Of a DNA stretch of 29,163 nucleotides, positions 1 to 8,703 are shown one piece after another. The translations under genes were made by a program, and so were the position numbers. Location: sequence record DRR378314_1069; one strand, given 5' to 3'. The notes under the pieces were generated by a model. The model was given only the letters and a program-made list of their open reading frames with translations. It was not told the DNA's origin and made no database searches. How positions within the stretch are numbered: the stretch's first letter is position 1; every line of letters begins with the position of its first letter.

Positions 1-81
1 CTGCTGGTCGGGGCGGATGCCGCGAAACCAAATGGCGGCGCTGCATTTCATGACACTGCTGTATGGATCAAGCCAGCCTGA
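1..81 (+). CDS. C-terminal fragment of a probable molybdopterin-dependent oxidoreductase (gene starts left of the window)
   Basis: Frame +1 reads LLVGADAAKPNGGAAFHDTAVWIKPA* (TGA at 79-81). The GAD..P.GGAAFHD..VW pattern resembles the C-terminus of alphaproteobacterial molybdopterin oxidoreductase family proteins (recalled, not searched). Not in the ORF track. Confidence 0.6.
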   Translation: MLVGADAAKPNGGAAFHDTAVWIKPA

Positions 82-90
82 GCCGACCAG

Positions 91-525
91 TCAAAGTAGC
101 CCTAATTCCCGCAGCTCTGCTGCCATTTCAGGAGACAAATCGCCTTCGCTTTCTTCATCGTTGTTGGCCTCGTCAACGATATCGCGAAGGTCCCGAGGGG
201 CATCATTGGCTTCCAGATAGCGCCACCCCTGATGGGGACCACGAGAAAACAGCTCTGTTTCAACCAGTTCCTTATCCAGAACAAGCCCGCACTTTTCGCC
301 GTCGGTATCATAGAGCCGCTCCAACTCTACAATCCGTTGTCGAACAGCAATATTCCCTTTGATAATCCAGTATAGAGATCCGCCGTTTAGCAGTTCTTCC
401 TCTCGCTGCGGCCGCTGTTTTGTGACATGGCAAATGGGACCGGCAATGAGCCGACGCTCCTGAGCACGCTTGAGCTGCTCAATTGTGGTCACTCCCACAC
501 AAACTTTTAAAAGATGTACTGTCAT
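91..525 (-). CDS. DUF1489 family protein
   Basis: 144 aa with HLLKVCVG, P.R..ELL.GGSLYWIIKG, RQRI, QGWRYL..DAP.DL and ELRELGLL motifs typical of DUF1489; starts 28 nt after the liuE stop. Confidence 0.85.
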   Translation of the reverse strand: MTVHLLKVCVGVTTIEQLKRAQERRLIAGPICHVTKQRPQREEELLNGGSLYWIIKGNIAVRQRIVELERLYDTDGEKCGLVLDKELVETELFSRGPHQGWRYLEANDAPRDLRDIVDEANNDEESEGDLSPEMAAELRELGLL

Positions 526-553
526 AACCGGTAACTAGTCCATATGTTACGTC

Positions 554-1465
554 TTAGTCCAGCTTATTTTTCAGGGCATTGGCAACACTGGAGACGGGTG
601 CACGCCCAAGATAGTCAGAAATGAACCAAGCTGTCTTGATCAATTTCGTCAAATCCAGACCGCTTTCAATGCCCATACCCTCTAACATATAAACAACATC
701 TTCGGTGGCAACATTACCCGTTGCACCTGGTGCATATGGGCAGCCCCCCAGACCCGCAATTGAGCTATCTATTTTTGTAACACCCACCTGCATGGCAGCG
801 TGAATATTGGCAAGTGCCTGTCCATATGTATCATGGAAATGAATGCCAATTGCCTCTAACGGAATCGCTTGCGCGACCGCCTCCAACACCTCAACCGTCT
901 TTTTGGGGGTCCCGACACCAATGGTATCCGCAATTGAAATCTCATAGGCACCCATGTCGTAAAGTTTCTTGGAAACATCTGCGACAGCGGCTGGTGTTAT
1001 CTCTTCGCCGAACGGGCTGCCCAGTGAACAGGAAACACTGGCCTTGAAGGGAATTTTGTCTTTTTTGGCCTCAGACACAACGGGTGCAAATCGCGCCAGA
1101 CTTTCAGCAATGGAACAATTGATATTTCGCTTGTTGAATTCTTCAGATGCGGCTGTGAATATAAGTATCTCATCCGCACCGGAAGCACGGGCCCCTTCAT
1201 AACCGCGGGCATTTGGGGTCAGGACGCTATAAGAAACGTTATCCTGTCGCTTGATACGGCCCATAACATCAGCCGTATCTGCCATTTGCGGCACCCATTT
1301 GGGCGAGACAAAACTTCCAGCCTCAATCGCAGTCGCGCCAGCATCAACAAGTCGCTCGATCAATTCAACCTTGATATCGGTTGGGATCTGGGCTTTTTCG
1401 TTCTGCAGGCCGTCGCGGGCCCCGACTTCAAAAATTCTGGCCGTATTTGGGTAGGTAAAGGACAT
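554..1465 (-). CDS. liuE: Hydroxymethylglutaryl-CoA lyase
   Basis: EVGARDGLQNE, SFVSPKWVPQMAD, HFHDTYGQALAN and catalytic GLGGCPYAPGATGNVATED motifs. Start set at ATG 1465 (GAAGG upstream, 4 nt after the liuD stop) instead of the longer ORF start at 1489. Also called hmgL/mvaB. Confidence 0.95.
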   Translation of the reverse strand: MSFTYPNTARIFEVGARDGLQNEKAQIPTDIKVELIERLVDAGATAIEAGSFVSPKWVPQMADTADVMGRIKRQDNVSYSVLTPNARGYEGARASGADEILIFTAASEEFNKRNINCSIAESLARFAPVVSEAKKDKIPFKASVSCSLGSPFGEEITPAAVADVSKKLYDMGAYEISIADTIGVGTPKKTVEVLEAVAQAIPLEAIGIHFHDTYGQALANIHAAMQVGVTKIDSSIAGLGGCPYAPGATGNVATEDVVYMLEGMGIESGLDLTKLIKTAWFISDYLGRAPVSSVANALKNKLD

Positions 1466-1469
1466 ATCT

Positions 1470-3488
1470 CTAACCTTCTTCCGCCTCAATTTTAATCAGC
1501 AGGGTACCCTCATCCACCTGATCACCGGTTTCAAAGAAGATTTCTTCCACAGTGCCATCAGCGCCTGCTGAAAGGGTATGCTCCATCTTCATGGCTTCCA
1601 TGACCATCAACGCATCTCCTTTGGCAACAGTCGCGCCTGCCGTGACGTTGACCTGGATGATTTTACCGGGCATTGGCGCCGTAATAGCGCCTGCCCCCCC
1701 TTCATCACCTGAACCATCGAAATCAGTGATGATCCGTTTCACATCAATCTGATTTCCGCCCTGAATGACAATCAAGCGATCCCCGTCAACAACGACAGCC
1801 GCGCGCATGGCATGCCCATTGATAACCGCACGCAAAGATCCATCTTCTTGCAACTCAGCAGTCGCCGTCAGTTCATTTGATCCAACTTTGACGATATACT
1901 GATCTTCGACACAGGAAATAGTGACATTTTGATCTTCATCATCCCGTTCAAATACAAAATCCAAATGCGCGACATCATTAAGGCGCCAGGCTGTAACATC
2001 ATTCCAGGGTGAGAACGGATCAGTACTTGCCGCCGCATATTGAGCATTTTCGGCTGATGCCGTTAGAACCAAATGTAATACAGCTAGCGTTAAATGCAGA
2101 TCCGATGCCTGCGTCTTTTCAGGAACCAGGTCATCGCGAAACCGATCGATAAAAGATGTATCCAGATCCTTTTCGGCAAAAGCTTTATGGGCTGCAACTT
2201 TCTTTAGGAATTCCAGATTTGTTGTCAGGCCAGCCACCTGATAATCCGAAAGCGCATTTTGCAATTTGCGTAATGCTGCATTCCGGTCCGGTGCCCAAAC
2301 AATCAGTTTGGCGATCATTGGATCATAGAACGGTGTAACCGCATCCCCTTCCAGAACACCGGTATCAACCCGCACACCATTTTCCTGTGATGGAGGGCGT
2401 AACCGCAGAAGCGGACCTGTCGCTGGTAGAAAATCGTTATGAGGGTCTTCAGCATACAGACGTGCTTCCAGTGCATGCCCTGAAATCCTCAACTGATCCT
2501 GGGATAATGGCAACTGGCCACCGGCCGCAACCACAAGCTGCCATTCCACCAAATCCTGCCCTGTTATCATTTCTGTAACGGGATGTTCAACCTGAAGTCG
2601 GGTATTCATTTCCATGAAATAAAACCCATCTTCTGTCAATCCGTTGGACACGTCGGCGATAAATTCGACGGTTCCGGCGCCCACATATCCGATGGCTTTG
2701 GCTGCAGCAACCGCCGCTGCGCCCATGGCTTCCCGCATTTTCTCGGGCATATCTGGTGCTGGAGCTTCCTCAATCACTTTTTGATGGCGCCGCTGCAGTG
2801 AACAGTCGCGCTCAAACAAATGCACTACATTGCCTTGGGTATCTGCAAATACCTGAATTTCAATATGCCGGGGTTTGGTGAGGAATTTTTCGATCAATAC
2901 CCGTTCATCACCAAACGCGTTCGCCGCTTCGCGTTTCGCACCTTCCAAGGCTGAAGGAAATTCTGTGGCGCTGTTCACACGCCGCATTCCTTTACCGCCG
3001 CCGCCCGCAACAGCTTTAATCAAAACCGGATATCCAATTCGCTCCGCTTCCTTGGCCAGAAGATCTGTATCCTGATCTTCTCCGTGATAACCAGGAACGA
3101 CAGGTACACCGGCCTCCTCCATCATGGCCTTAGCCGCATCTTTCAACCCCATAGCCCGAATAGCATCGGCAGGTGGCCCAACAAACGCAATTCCAGCCGC
3201 TTGACATTTTTCAGCGAAGCCAGCATTTTCAGAAAGAAACCCGTAACCAGGGTGAATGGCCCGCGCGCCGGTTAATTTGGCCACCTCAAGGATCTTATCC
3301 GCCTTCAGATAACTCTCGCTCACCTCAGCCGGTCCCAGAAGAACGGCTTCATCGGCCATTTTCACATGGCGTGCCCCCGCGTCTGCTTCTGAATATACTG
3401 AAACGGTACGAACCCCAAGTTTACATGCGGTTTCAATAACACGGCAGGCTATTTCCCCGCGGTTGGCTATCAGTATTTTATCAAACAC
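1470..3488 (-). CDS. liuD: 3-methylcrotonyl-CoA carboxylase alpha subunit (biotin carboxylase plus biotin carrier)
   Basis: KILIANRGEIACRV, HPGYGFLSENA, GGGGKGMR, ERDCSLQRRHQK, EMNTRLQVEHPVTE and biotinylation motif EAMKM. Start set at GTG 3488 (GGGTGA upstream); GTG 3503 is the alternative. Confidence 0.93.
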   Translation of the reverse strand: MFDKILIANRGEIACRVIETACKLGVRTVSVYSEADAGARHVKMADEAVLLGPAEVSESYLKADKILEVAKLTGARAIHPGYGFLSENAGFAEKCQAAGIAFVGPPADAIRAMGLKDAAKAMMEEAGVPVVPGYHGEDQDTDLLAKEAERIGYPVLIKAVAGGGGKGMRRVNSATEFPSALEGAKREAANAFGDERVLIEKFLTKPRHIEIQVFADTQGNVVHLFERDCSLQRRHQKVIEEAPAPDMPEKMREAMGAAAVAAAKAIGYVGAGTVEFIADVSNGLTEDGFYFMEMNTRLQVEHPVTEMITGQDLVEWQLVVAAGGQLPLSQDQLRISGHALEARLYAEDPHNDFLPATGPLLRLRPPSQENGVRVDTGVLEGDAVTPFYDPMIAKLIVWAPDRNAALRKLQNALSDYQVAGLTTNLEFLKKVAAHKAFAEKDLDTSFIDRFRDDLVPEKTQASDLHLTLAVLHLVLTASAENAQYAAASTDPFSPWNDVTAWRLNDVAHLDFVFERDDEDQNVTISCVEDQYIVKVGSNELTATAELQEDGSLRAVINGHAMRAAVVVDGDRLIVIQGGNQIDVKRIITDFDGSGDEGGAGAITAPMPGKIIQVNVTAGATVAKGDALMVMEAMKMEHTLSAGADGTVEEIFFETGDQVDEGTLLIKIEAEEG

Positions 3489-3506
3489 GTTTCTATCACC
3501 CACAGT

Positions 3507-4301
3507 CTAATTGATTTTCCAGGAAGGTTTCCGCTTTTCAAAGAACGCCGAAATTCCTTCTTTGGCTTCTTCCGTTGCGCGGCGAGTTGCAATTCGATCC
3601 GCTGTCTCGTTAATCAGATCCTGCTCAATTGCTCGATCCGCAACCGTATAGATCAGGTCTTTGGAATCCGCCATGGCGCCAGGCGCATTTCCCATAATCT
3701 GTGTAATCAGTTCATCGCGCACATGGGCCAGGTCATGAACATCATCAACAAGTTCATGCAATAAACCTAACCGATAGGCCGTTTCAGCATCAAAAACCTC
3801 CGCTGTCTGAAAATAGCGACGAGACGCCCTGATCCCAATTGCTTCCACAACATAAGGCGATATCACAGCAGGTAGGAGACCAAGCTTCACCTCAGACAGA
3901 CAGAATTTTGCGGCTTTCACCCCAACAGCAATATCGCATGCCGCCACAAGCCCGAGGCCGCCGCCATATGCCGCGCCTTGAACCAGCGCAATGGTCGGTT
4001 TTGGAATGTCCTGAAGGTTTTTGAGCATCCGGCCCAGCAATAGCGCATCATCGCGATTGTCTTCTTCGGTAAATCCGGCTGCCCGCTTCATCCAGTTCAG
4101 ATCAGCACCCGCACAATAGCTTTTACCTGCGGCTGCAACAACAACAGCGCGTACACCCTCTTGATGGCTCAGATCTAAAAAAATGTCACCAAGCCGCTCA
4201 ATCAGTTCTTCGTCAAATGCATTGTGAACGTCTGGCCGGTTCAGCGTAACGGTTGCAATTCCGTCAGTTGAAAAATGGAGTACTGCAGTTTCTTCACTCA
4301 T
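3507..4301 (-). CDS. liuC: Methylglutaconyl-CoA hydratase (crotonase family)
   Basis: LNRPDVHNAF, CAGADLNWM, GGGLGLVAACD, LSEVKLGL.PA.ISPYV; lies between the MCC beta and alpha genes. Confidence 0.9.
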   Translation of the reverse strand: MSEETAVLHFSTDGIATVTLNRPDVHNAFDEELIERLGDIFLDLSHQEGVRAVVVAAAGKSYCAGADLNWMKRAAGFTEEDNRDDALLLGRMLKNLQDIPKPTIALVQGAAYGGGLGLVAACDIAVGVKAAKFCLSEVKLGLLPAVISPYVVEAIGIRASRRYFQTAEVFDAETAYRLGLLHELVDDVHDLAHVRDELITQIMGNAPGAMADSKDLIYTVADRAIEQDLINETADRIATRRATEEAKEGISAFFEKRKPSWKIN

Positions 4302-4310
4302 AATGGTTCC

Positions 4311-5918
4311 TTACATTCTGAAGAGGCCAAATTTTGTTGGTTCAATGGGAGCATTCAAGGATGCGGAAATCGCTAATCCCAAAACACGCCGACTTTCTTT
4401 GGGATCAAGAATTCCATCATCCCATAACCGGGCACTTGAAAAATAGGGGTGCCCTTCTGTTTCATATTGCGCCTGAATGGGTGCCTTGAAAGCAGCTTCC
4501 TCGTCCGCGCTCCAGCTTTCACCGCGGGCTTCCATGCCATCGCGTTTGACTGTCGCCAGAACAGAAGCAGCCTGCTCACCGCCCATAACGGAAATACGGG
4601 AATTGGGCCACATCCAGAGCATCCGGGGACTATAAGCACGGCCGCACATACCATAGTTTCCGGCTCCAAAAGATCCGCCAAAAACCATTGTGAATTTTGG
4701 TACCTTGGCCGTTGCCACTGCCGTCACCAGCTTAGCGCCGTCCTTGGCTATTCCGCCACTTTCGTATTTCTGGCCAACCATGAAGCCGGTGATATTCTGC
4801 AAAAAGACCAGCGGTATGTTTCGCTGACAGCAGAGCTCAATAAAATGGGCGCCCTTGACGGCAGATTCTGAAAACAAAATCCCATTATTGGCAACAATAC
4901 CGACCGGATATCCGTGGATATGCGCAAAACCTGTGACCAGTGACGTTCCATAAAGTTTCTTGAACTCGTCAAATTCGGATCCATCTACAATCCGCGCAAT
5001 CACTTCCCTCACATCAAAAGGTTGACGTGTATCCTGTGGGATCAGGCCATAAAGCTCCTTGGCATCAAAAAGTGGGTCTACTGGTTTTCGAATATCCAAT
5101 GGCATTGGTTTTGGCCGGTTCAAGGATGCCACTACATTGCGGGCGATTTCTAGCGCATGCAGGTCGTTTTCCGCATAATGGTCTGTCACACCAGAGGTCC
5201 GCGAATGCACATCCGCGCCGCCCAGATCTTCGGCTGAGACGATTTCACCGGTGGCGGCTTTTACCAGCGGTGGACCTGCAAGGAAAATCGTCCCCTGATT
5301 TCGAACAATAATACTTTCATCAGACATAGCTGGAACATACGCACCGCCAGCCGTACAGGAACCCATTACCACTGCTATTTGGGGAATGCCTTTGGCCGAC
5401 ATATTGGCCTGATTGAAAAAGATCCGTCCAAAATGCTCTCGGTCCGGGAAAACATCCTGTTGATTGGGCAGGTTGGCGCCGCCACTATCCACCAGATAAA
5501 TACAAGGCAGATTATTTTGTTCGGCAACTTCCTGTGCCCGAAGATGTTTCTTCACGGTGATCGGGTAATAAGTCCCGCCTTTCACGGTCGCATCGTTACA
5601 GACAATGACGCATTCCCGTCCGGAAACCCGGCCGATGCCAGTAATAATGCCCGCCGAATTAATATCCCCCCCATACATATCCCACGCCGCCATCTGGCTA
5701 AATTCCAGAAAAGCTGAGCCCGGATCCAGCAATTTGCGAACCCGCTCCCGGGGGAGAAGTTTCCCGCGGGACAGATGTTTTTCACGGGCCCGTTCACCGC
5801 CGCCCTGCTTAACCGTAGAGACTTTCTCTTTCAGATCATCGACAAGGGACTGCATGTGAGCCGCATTTGCCTTGTATTCATCACTACGCGTGTTGAGATT
5901 ACTTTTTAAAACAGGCAT
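4311..5918 (-). CDS. liuB: 3-methylcrotonyl-CoA carboxylase beta (carboxyltransferase) subunit
   Basis: 535 aa; [71 protein letters not shown] and FGLFRM terminus; RBS AAGGAAG. Confidence 0.96.
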   Translation of the reverse strand: MPVLKSNLNTRSDEYKANAAHMQSLVDDLKEKVSTVKQGGGERAREKHLSRGKLLPRERVRKLLDPGSAFLEFSQMAAWDMYGGDINSAGIITGIGRVSGRECVIVCNDATVKGGTYYPITVKKHLRAQEVAEQNNLPCIYLVDSGGANLPNQQDVFPDREHFGRIFFNQANMSAKGIPQIAVVMGSCTAGGAYVPAMSDESIIVRNQGTIFLAGPPLVKAATGEIVSAEDLGGADVHSRTSGVTDHYAENDLHALEIARNVVASLNRPKPMPLDIRKPVDPLFDAKELYGLIPQDTRQPFDVREVIARIVDGSEFDEFKKLYGTSLVTGFAHIHGYPVGIVANNGILFSESAVKGAHFIELCCQRNIPLVFLQNITGFMVGQKYESGGIAKDGAKLVTAVATAKVPKFTMVFGGSFGAGNYGMCGRAYSPRMLWMWPNSRISVMGGEQAASVLATVKRDGMEARGESWSADEEAAFKAPIQAQYETEGHPYFSSARLWDDGILDPKESRRVLGLAISASLNAPIEPTKFGLFRM

Positions 5919-6067
5919 TTACGAATTCTTCCTTATGTAAAAAGATAGCAACCGCAGGCTTTCGCCGGCAACCGGTTAAGGGGTAAAGCGGTATCATTTT
6001 CTTGGCTGAAAAGCGAACGTGTGCTACGGCTATTTCCGACCAAGAATGAAAACAATGGGAGCCAAAA

Positions 6068-6850
6068 ATGGCCTATAAAGCATTTGATCTGACCGGTAAG
6101 GTCGCCCTCATTACGGGAGGTAATGGAGGCATTGGACTGGGGATGGGCAAAGCCATCGCTGAAGCTGGTGGAGACGTGTGTATCTGGGGAACCAACGCCG
6201 ATAAAAACGCGGCTGCGATTGATGAACTGAAAGTCTTTGGGACAAAGGTTGGCAGCTTTCTCTGCGACGTGAGTGACCAGCAAGCTGTTAAAGACAGCTT
6301 TGCCAAAACTCTTGAAGAATTTGGCCGCGTTGATGGCTGCTTTGCCAATGCCGGAATATCCTCCAAGGGAAAACCGTTTTTGTCCATCACCGACGACGAA
6401 TGGCAACGCATCACAAGTATCAATCTGGATGGTGCGTTTTACACGATGCAAGAAGCTGCGCGGCATATGGTGGAACGGGCTGAAAATGGCGACCCCGGCG
6501 GTCGTCTCGTTGGTACAGCCAGTCTTGCCGCAATCTCCGGCGCTGCCCGCAACGAACATTATGCGGCGACCAAAGGTGGTCTTATTTCCATGATCCGCGC
6601 CATGTCGGTTGAACTGGCCGGTAAAGGGATCACAGCCAACGCAATCCTGCCCGGCTGGATTGAAACGGCCATGACAGAACCATCCTTTAACTGGGACAAA
6701 TTTGCAGACAACGTCAAACCCCGCATCCCGGCCCGCCGTTGGGGAGAGCCAGAAGATTTTGGCGGCATTGCAGTCTACATAATGTCTGGCGCCAGTTCCT
6801 ATCATACAGGCGATACTTTCCTTATTGATGGCGGCTATTTCCTATTTTAG
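6068..6850 (+). CDS. Short-chain dehydrogenase/reductase (classical SDR; substrate unknown)
   Basis: TGGNGGIG Rossmann motif, ANAG, catalytic S...YAATK, PGW..T; RBS GGGAG upstream of the ATG. Confidence 0.92.
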   Translation: MAYKAFDLTGKVALITGGNGGIGLGMGKAIAEAGGDVCIWGTNADKNAAAIDELKVFGTKVGSFLCDVSDQQAVKDSFAKTLEEFGRVDGCFANAGISSKGKPFLSITDDEWQRITSINLDGAFYTMQEAARHMVERAENGDPGGRLVGTASLAAISGAARNEHYAATKGGLISMIRAMSVELAGKGITANAILPGWIETAMTEPSFNWDKFADNVKPRIPARRWGEPEDFGGIAVYIMSGASSYHTGDTFLIDGGYFLF

Positions 6851-6868
6851 AAACCGCCCGATATAATT

Positions 6869-6892
6869 TGCTGGTCCGTTTCCGGACCAGCA
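6869..6892. terminator. Probable bidirectional intrinsic terminator between the convergent SDR and NahD-like genes
   Basis: Perfect 10-bp stem TGCTGGTCCG/CGGACCAGCA with a 4-nt loop (GAAA on the minus strand); followed by GTTTT on plus and AATTAT on minus (weak U-tract). Confidence 0.75.
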
Positions 6893-6902
6893 GTTTTCAT
6901 GC

Positions 6903-7514
6903 TTACCCAGCAGACTTATACGCCAGATACTGATCAATATGCGGAATACGATCCGCACCCCAGAAAACCTGATCACCCACCTTGAACCAGGGAACACCAA
7001 AAGCACCACATTCAACGGCTGCCGTTGTGGCGGCAATAACATCTGCTTTTGCATCTGCATCGGTCGCCGCTTCGGTAATTTCGCTTTCCGCAATGCCAAG
7101 TGGTTTTGCCAGTTCAATCAGATGTGCTGGCTCTGTTACTTCCTGGCTTGTCGCCCAAATGCGCTGACAAACACCTTTAGCAAATTCTTTGGCAAGTTCA
7201 GGGTCTGACCGGTTAATTCGATAAAATGCGAGACGCGCCAGCTTGGCATCAATCGGAAAAACGGCGGGTTTTGCCATCGGAAGGCCTGCCAACTTGGCGG
7301 ATCGGCCACTATCCATATTGATATAATTCATTTTTTGCGGGATAGAGCCCGGCCCTACATTCTGGGCGCCAATTGCTTTCCAGACATGGCCAAGAGACAT
7401 GGGACGCCAGATAACCTCTGAGCCGTGCTTCGCACCCACTTCATCAATCTGATTGGCCGCTATGTAGACATAGGGCGACGAAAATTCGATGAAAAACTCT
7501 ATTGGTATGCTCAT
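6903..7514 (-). CDS. 2-hydroxychromene-2-carboxylate isomerase-like protein (GST-kappa/DsbA family)
   Basis: FFIEFSSPYVY N-terminal motif, WRP..LG, FP and GAFGVPWF.V..Q.FWG.DR motifs of the NahD/GST-kappa family; true substrate unknown. Confidence 0.85.
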   Translation of the reverse strand: MSIPIEFFIEFSSPYVYIAANQIDEVGAKHGSEVIWRPMSLGHVWKAIGAQNVGPGSIPQKMNYINMDSGRSAKLAGLPMAKPAVFPIDAKLARLAFYRINRSDPELAKEFAKGVCQRIWATSQEVTEPAHLIELAKPLGIAESEITEAATDADAKADVIAATTAAVECGAFGVPWFKVGDQVFWGADRIPHIDQYLAYKSAG

Positions 7515-7540
7515 TATTTCCTCCTCTGTTTTTCTTGTTT

Positions 7541-8674
7541 TTAGGCAGCCAGGCTTCGGGCAATAACCAGTTTCTGAATGTCAGAAGTTCCTTCATATAT
7601 TTGACAAACACGCACGTCCCGATAGATCTTCTCCACTGGATAATCGGCAACATAACCGTTGCCACCCAGTGTCTGAATAGCAGCAGAGCAAACCTCTTCC
7701 GCCATTTCGGAGGCGAAAAGCTTGGCCATACTGGCTTCTGTCAAGCAAGGCTCCTCCGCATCTTTCAAACTGGCCGCATGCAGAACCATCTGACGGGCAA
7801 CTTCAATCTTTGTTGCCATGTCAGCCAGCCTAAATCCAACGGCCTGATGATCTATGATGGTTGAACCAAAGGAACTGCGTTCTTTCGCGTAAGTCACCGC
7901 ATGCTTAAGGGCAGCGTCCGCCATGCCAACGCTTTGCGCCCCGATACCGATCCGTCCTGTTTCCAGGTTCGCCAACGCAATCCGATATCCAGCGCCCTCT
8001 TCACCCAGCAGATTACTGGCGGGAATGCGGACATCTTCAAACGCGATCTGACACGTGTCGGAGGCTTTTTGCCCCAACTTGGCTTCAACAGACGCAACCC
8101 GATATCCCGGCGTGTCGGTAGGAACAATGAAACAACTGATGCCTTTTTTGCCCGCCGAAGGATCGGTTACCGCAAACACAAGTGCAACACCGCCAATTTT
8201 CCCGGACGTAATAAACTGTTTTGTTCCGTTGATTACGAAATGATCCCCGTCACGAACAGCTTTGGTCTTCAAGGCAGAGGCATCAGAGCCCGCATGAGGT
8301 TCTGTCAGGCAAAACGCGCCGATCATCTCTCCCTTTGCAAGCGGGGTTAAAAATGTCTGCTTTTGAGCGTCGGTCCCATCTTTTAAAATAGCGGCGCAAC
8401 AGGGGGAGTTATTTACACTCATCACTGTAGAGATGGCGCCGTCTCCACCGGCAATTTCCATCAATGCCAGGGCATAGGAAATGAAGTCCGTCTCCGCCCC
8501 GCCATAAGCCTCAGGAACGGTCATCCCCATTAAACCAAGGCTTCCCATCTCAGCAAATACTGCCGGTGGCACGGCGGCTGCCGCTTCCCATTCGACAGTA
8601 TTGGGCGCCAGACGATTGGCAGCAAAATCCCTTGCCATGTCGCGCACCATTTTCTGCTCTTCACTCAATAACAT
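7541..8674 (-). CDS. Short/branched-chain acyl-CoA dehydrogenase
   Basis: FCLTEPHAGSDA, NGTKQFITSG, KLGQKASDT, GRIGIGAQ and C-terminal catalytic IYEGTSDIQ (SCAD-type Glu position). Confidence 0.93.
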   Translation of the reverse strand: MLLSEEQKMVRDMARDFAANRLAPNTVEWEAAAAVPPAVFAEMGSLGLMGMTVPEAYGGAETDFISYALALMEIAGGDGAISTVMSVNNSPCCAAILKDGTDAQKQTFLTPLAKGEMIGAFCLTEPHAGSDASALKTKAVRDGDHFVINGTKQFITSGKIGGVALVFAVTDPSAGKKGISCFIVPTDTPGYRVASVEAKLGQKASDTCQIAFEDVRIPASNLLGEEGAGYRIALANLETGRIGIGAQSVGMADAALKHAVTYAKERSSFGSTIIDHQAVGFRLADMATKIEVARQMVLHAASLKDAEEPCLTEASMAKLFASEMAEEVCSAAIQTLGGNGYVADYPVEKIYRDVRVCQIYEGTSDIQKLVIARSLAA

Positions 8675-8703
8675 TTGGCAATCCTTTCGCTTGGCTCACC
8701 TTG

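Noticed and set aside
1470..5918. Alternative call as geranyl-CoA carboxylase (atu) or propionyl-CoA carboxylase
   Set aside because: Beta-subunit motifs and the liuB-C-D-E order with HMG-CoA lyase and IVD fit methylcrotonyl-CoA carboxylase.
5918..5941. TTTAC-N14-GTAAA over the liuB RBS resembling a LiuR site
   Set aside because: Half-sites are 8 nt further apart than in the LiuR consensus (TTTAC-N6-GTAAA) and the inner bases are degenerate.
5933..6805. 290-aa minus-strand ORF
   Set aside because: Antisense shadow of the SDR gene, a common artefact in this family; no recognisable motifs.
6903..7514. NahD-like gene as evidence of naphthalene degradation
   Set aside because: No ring-hydroxylating or extradiol dioxygenase or other nah genes in the window; the family is widespread outside PAH pathways.
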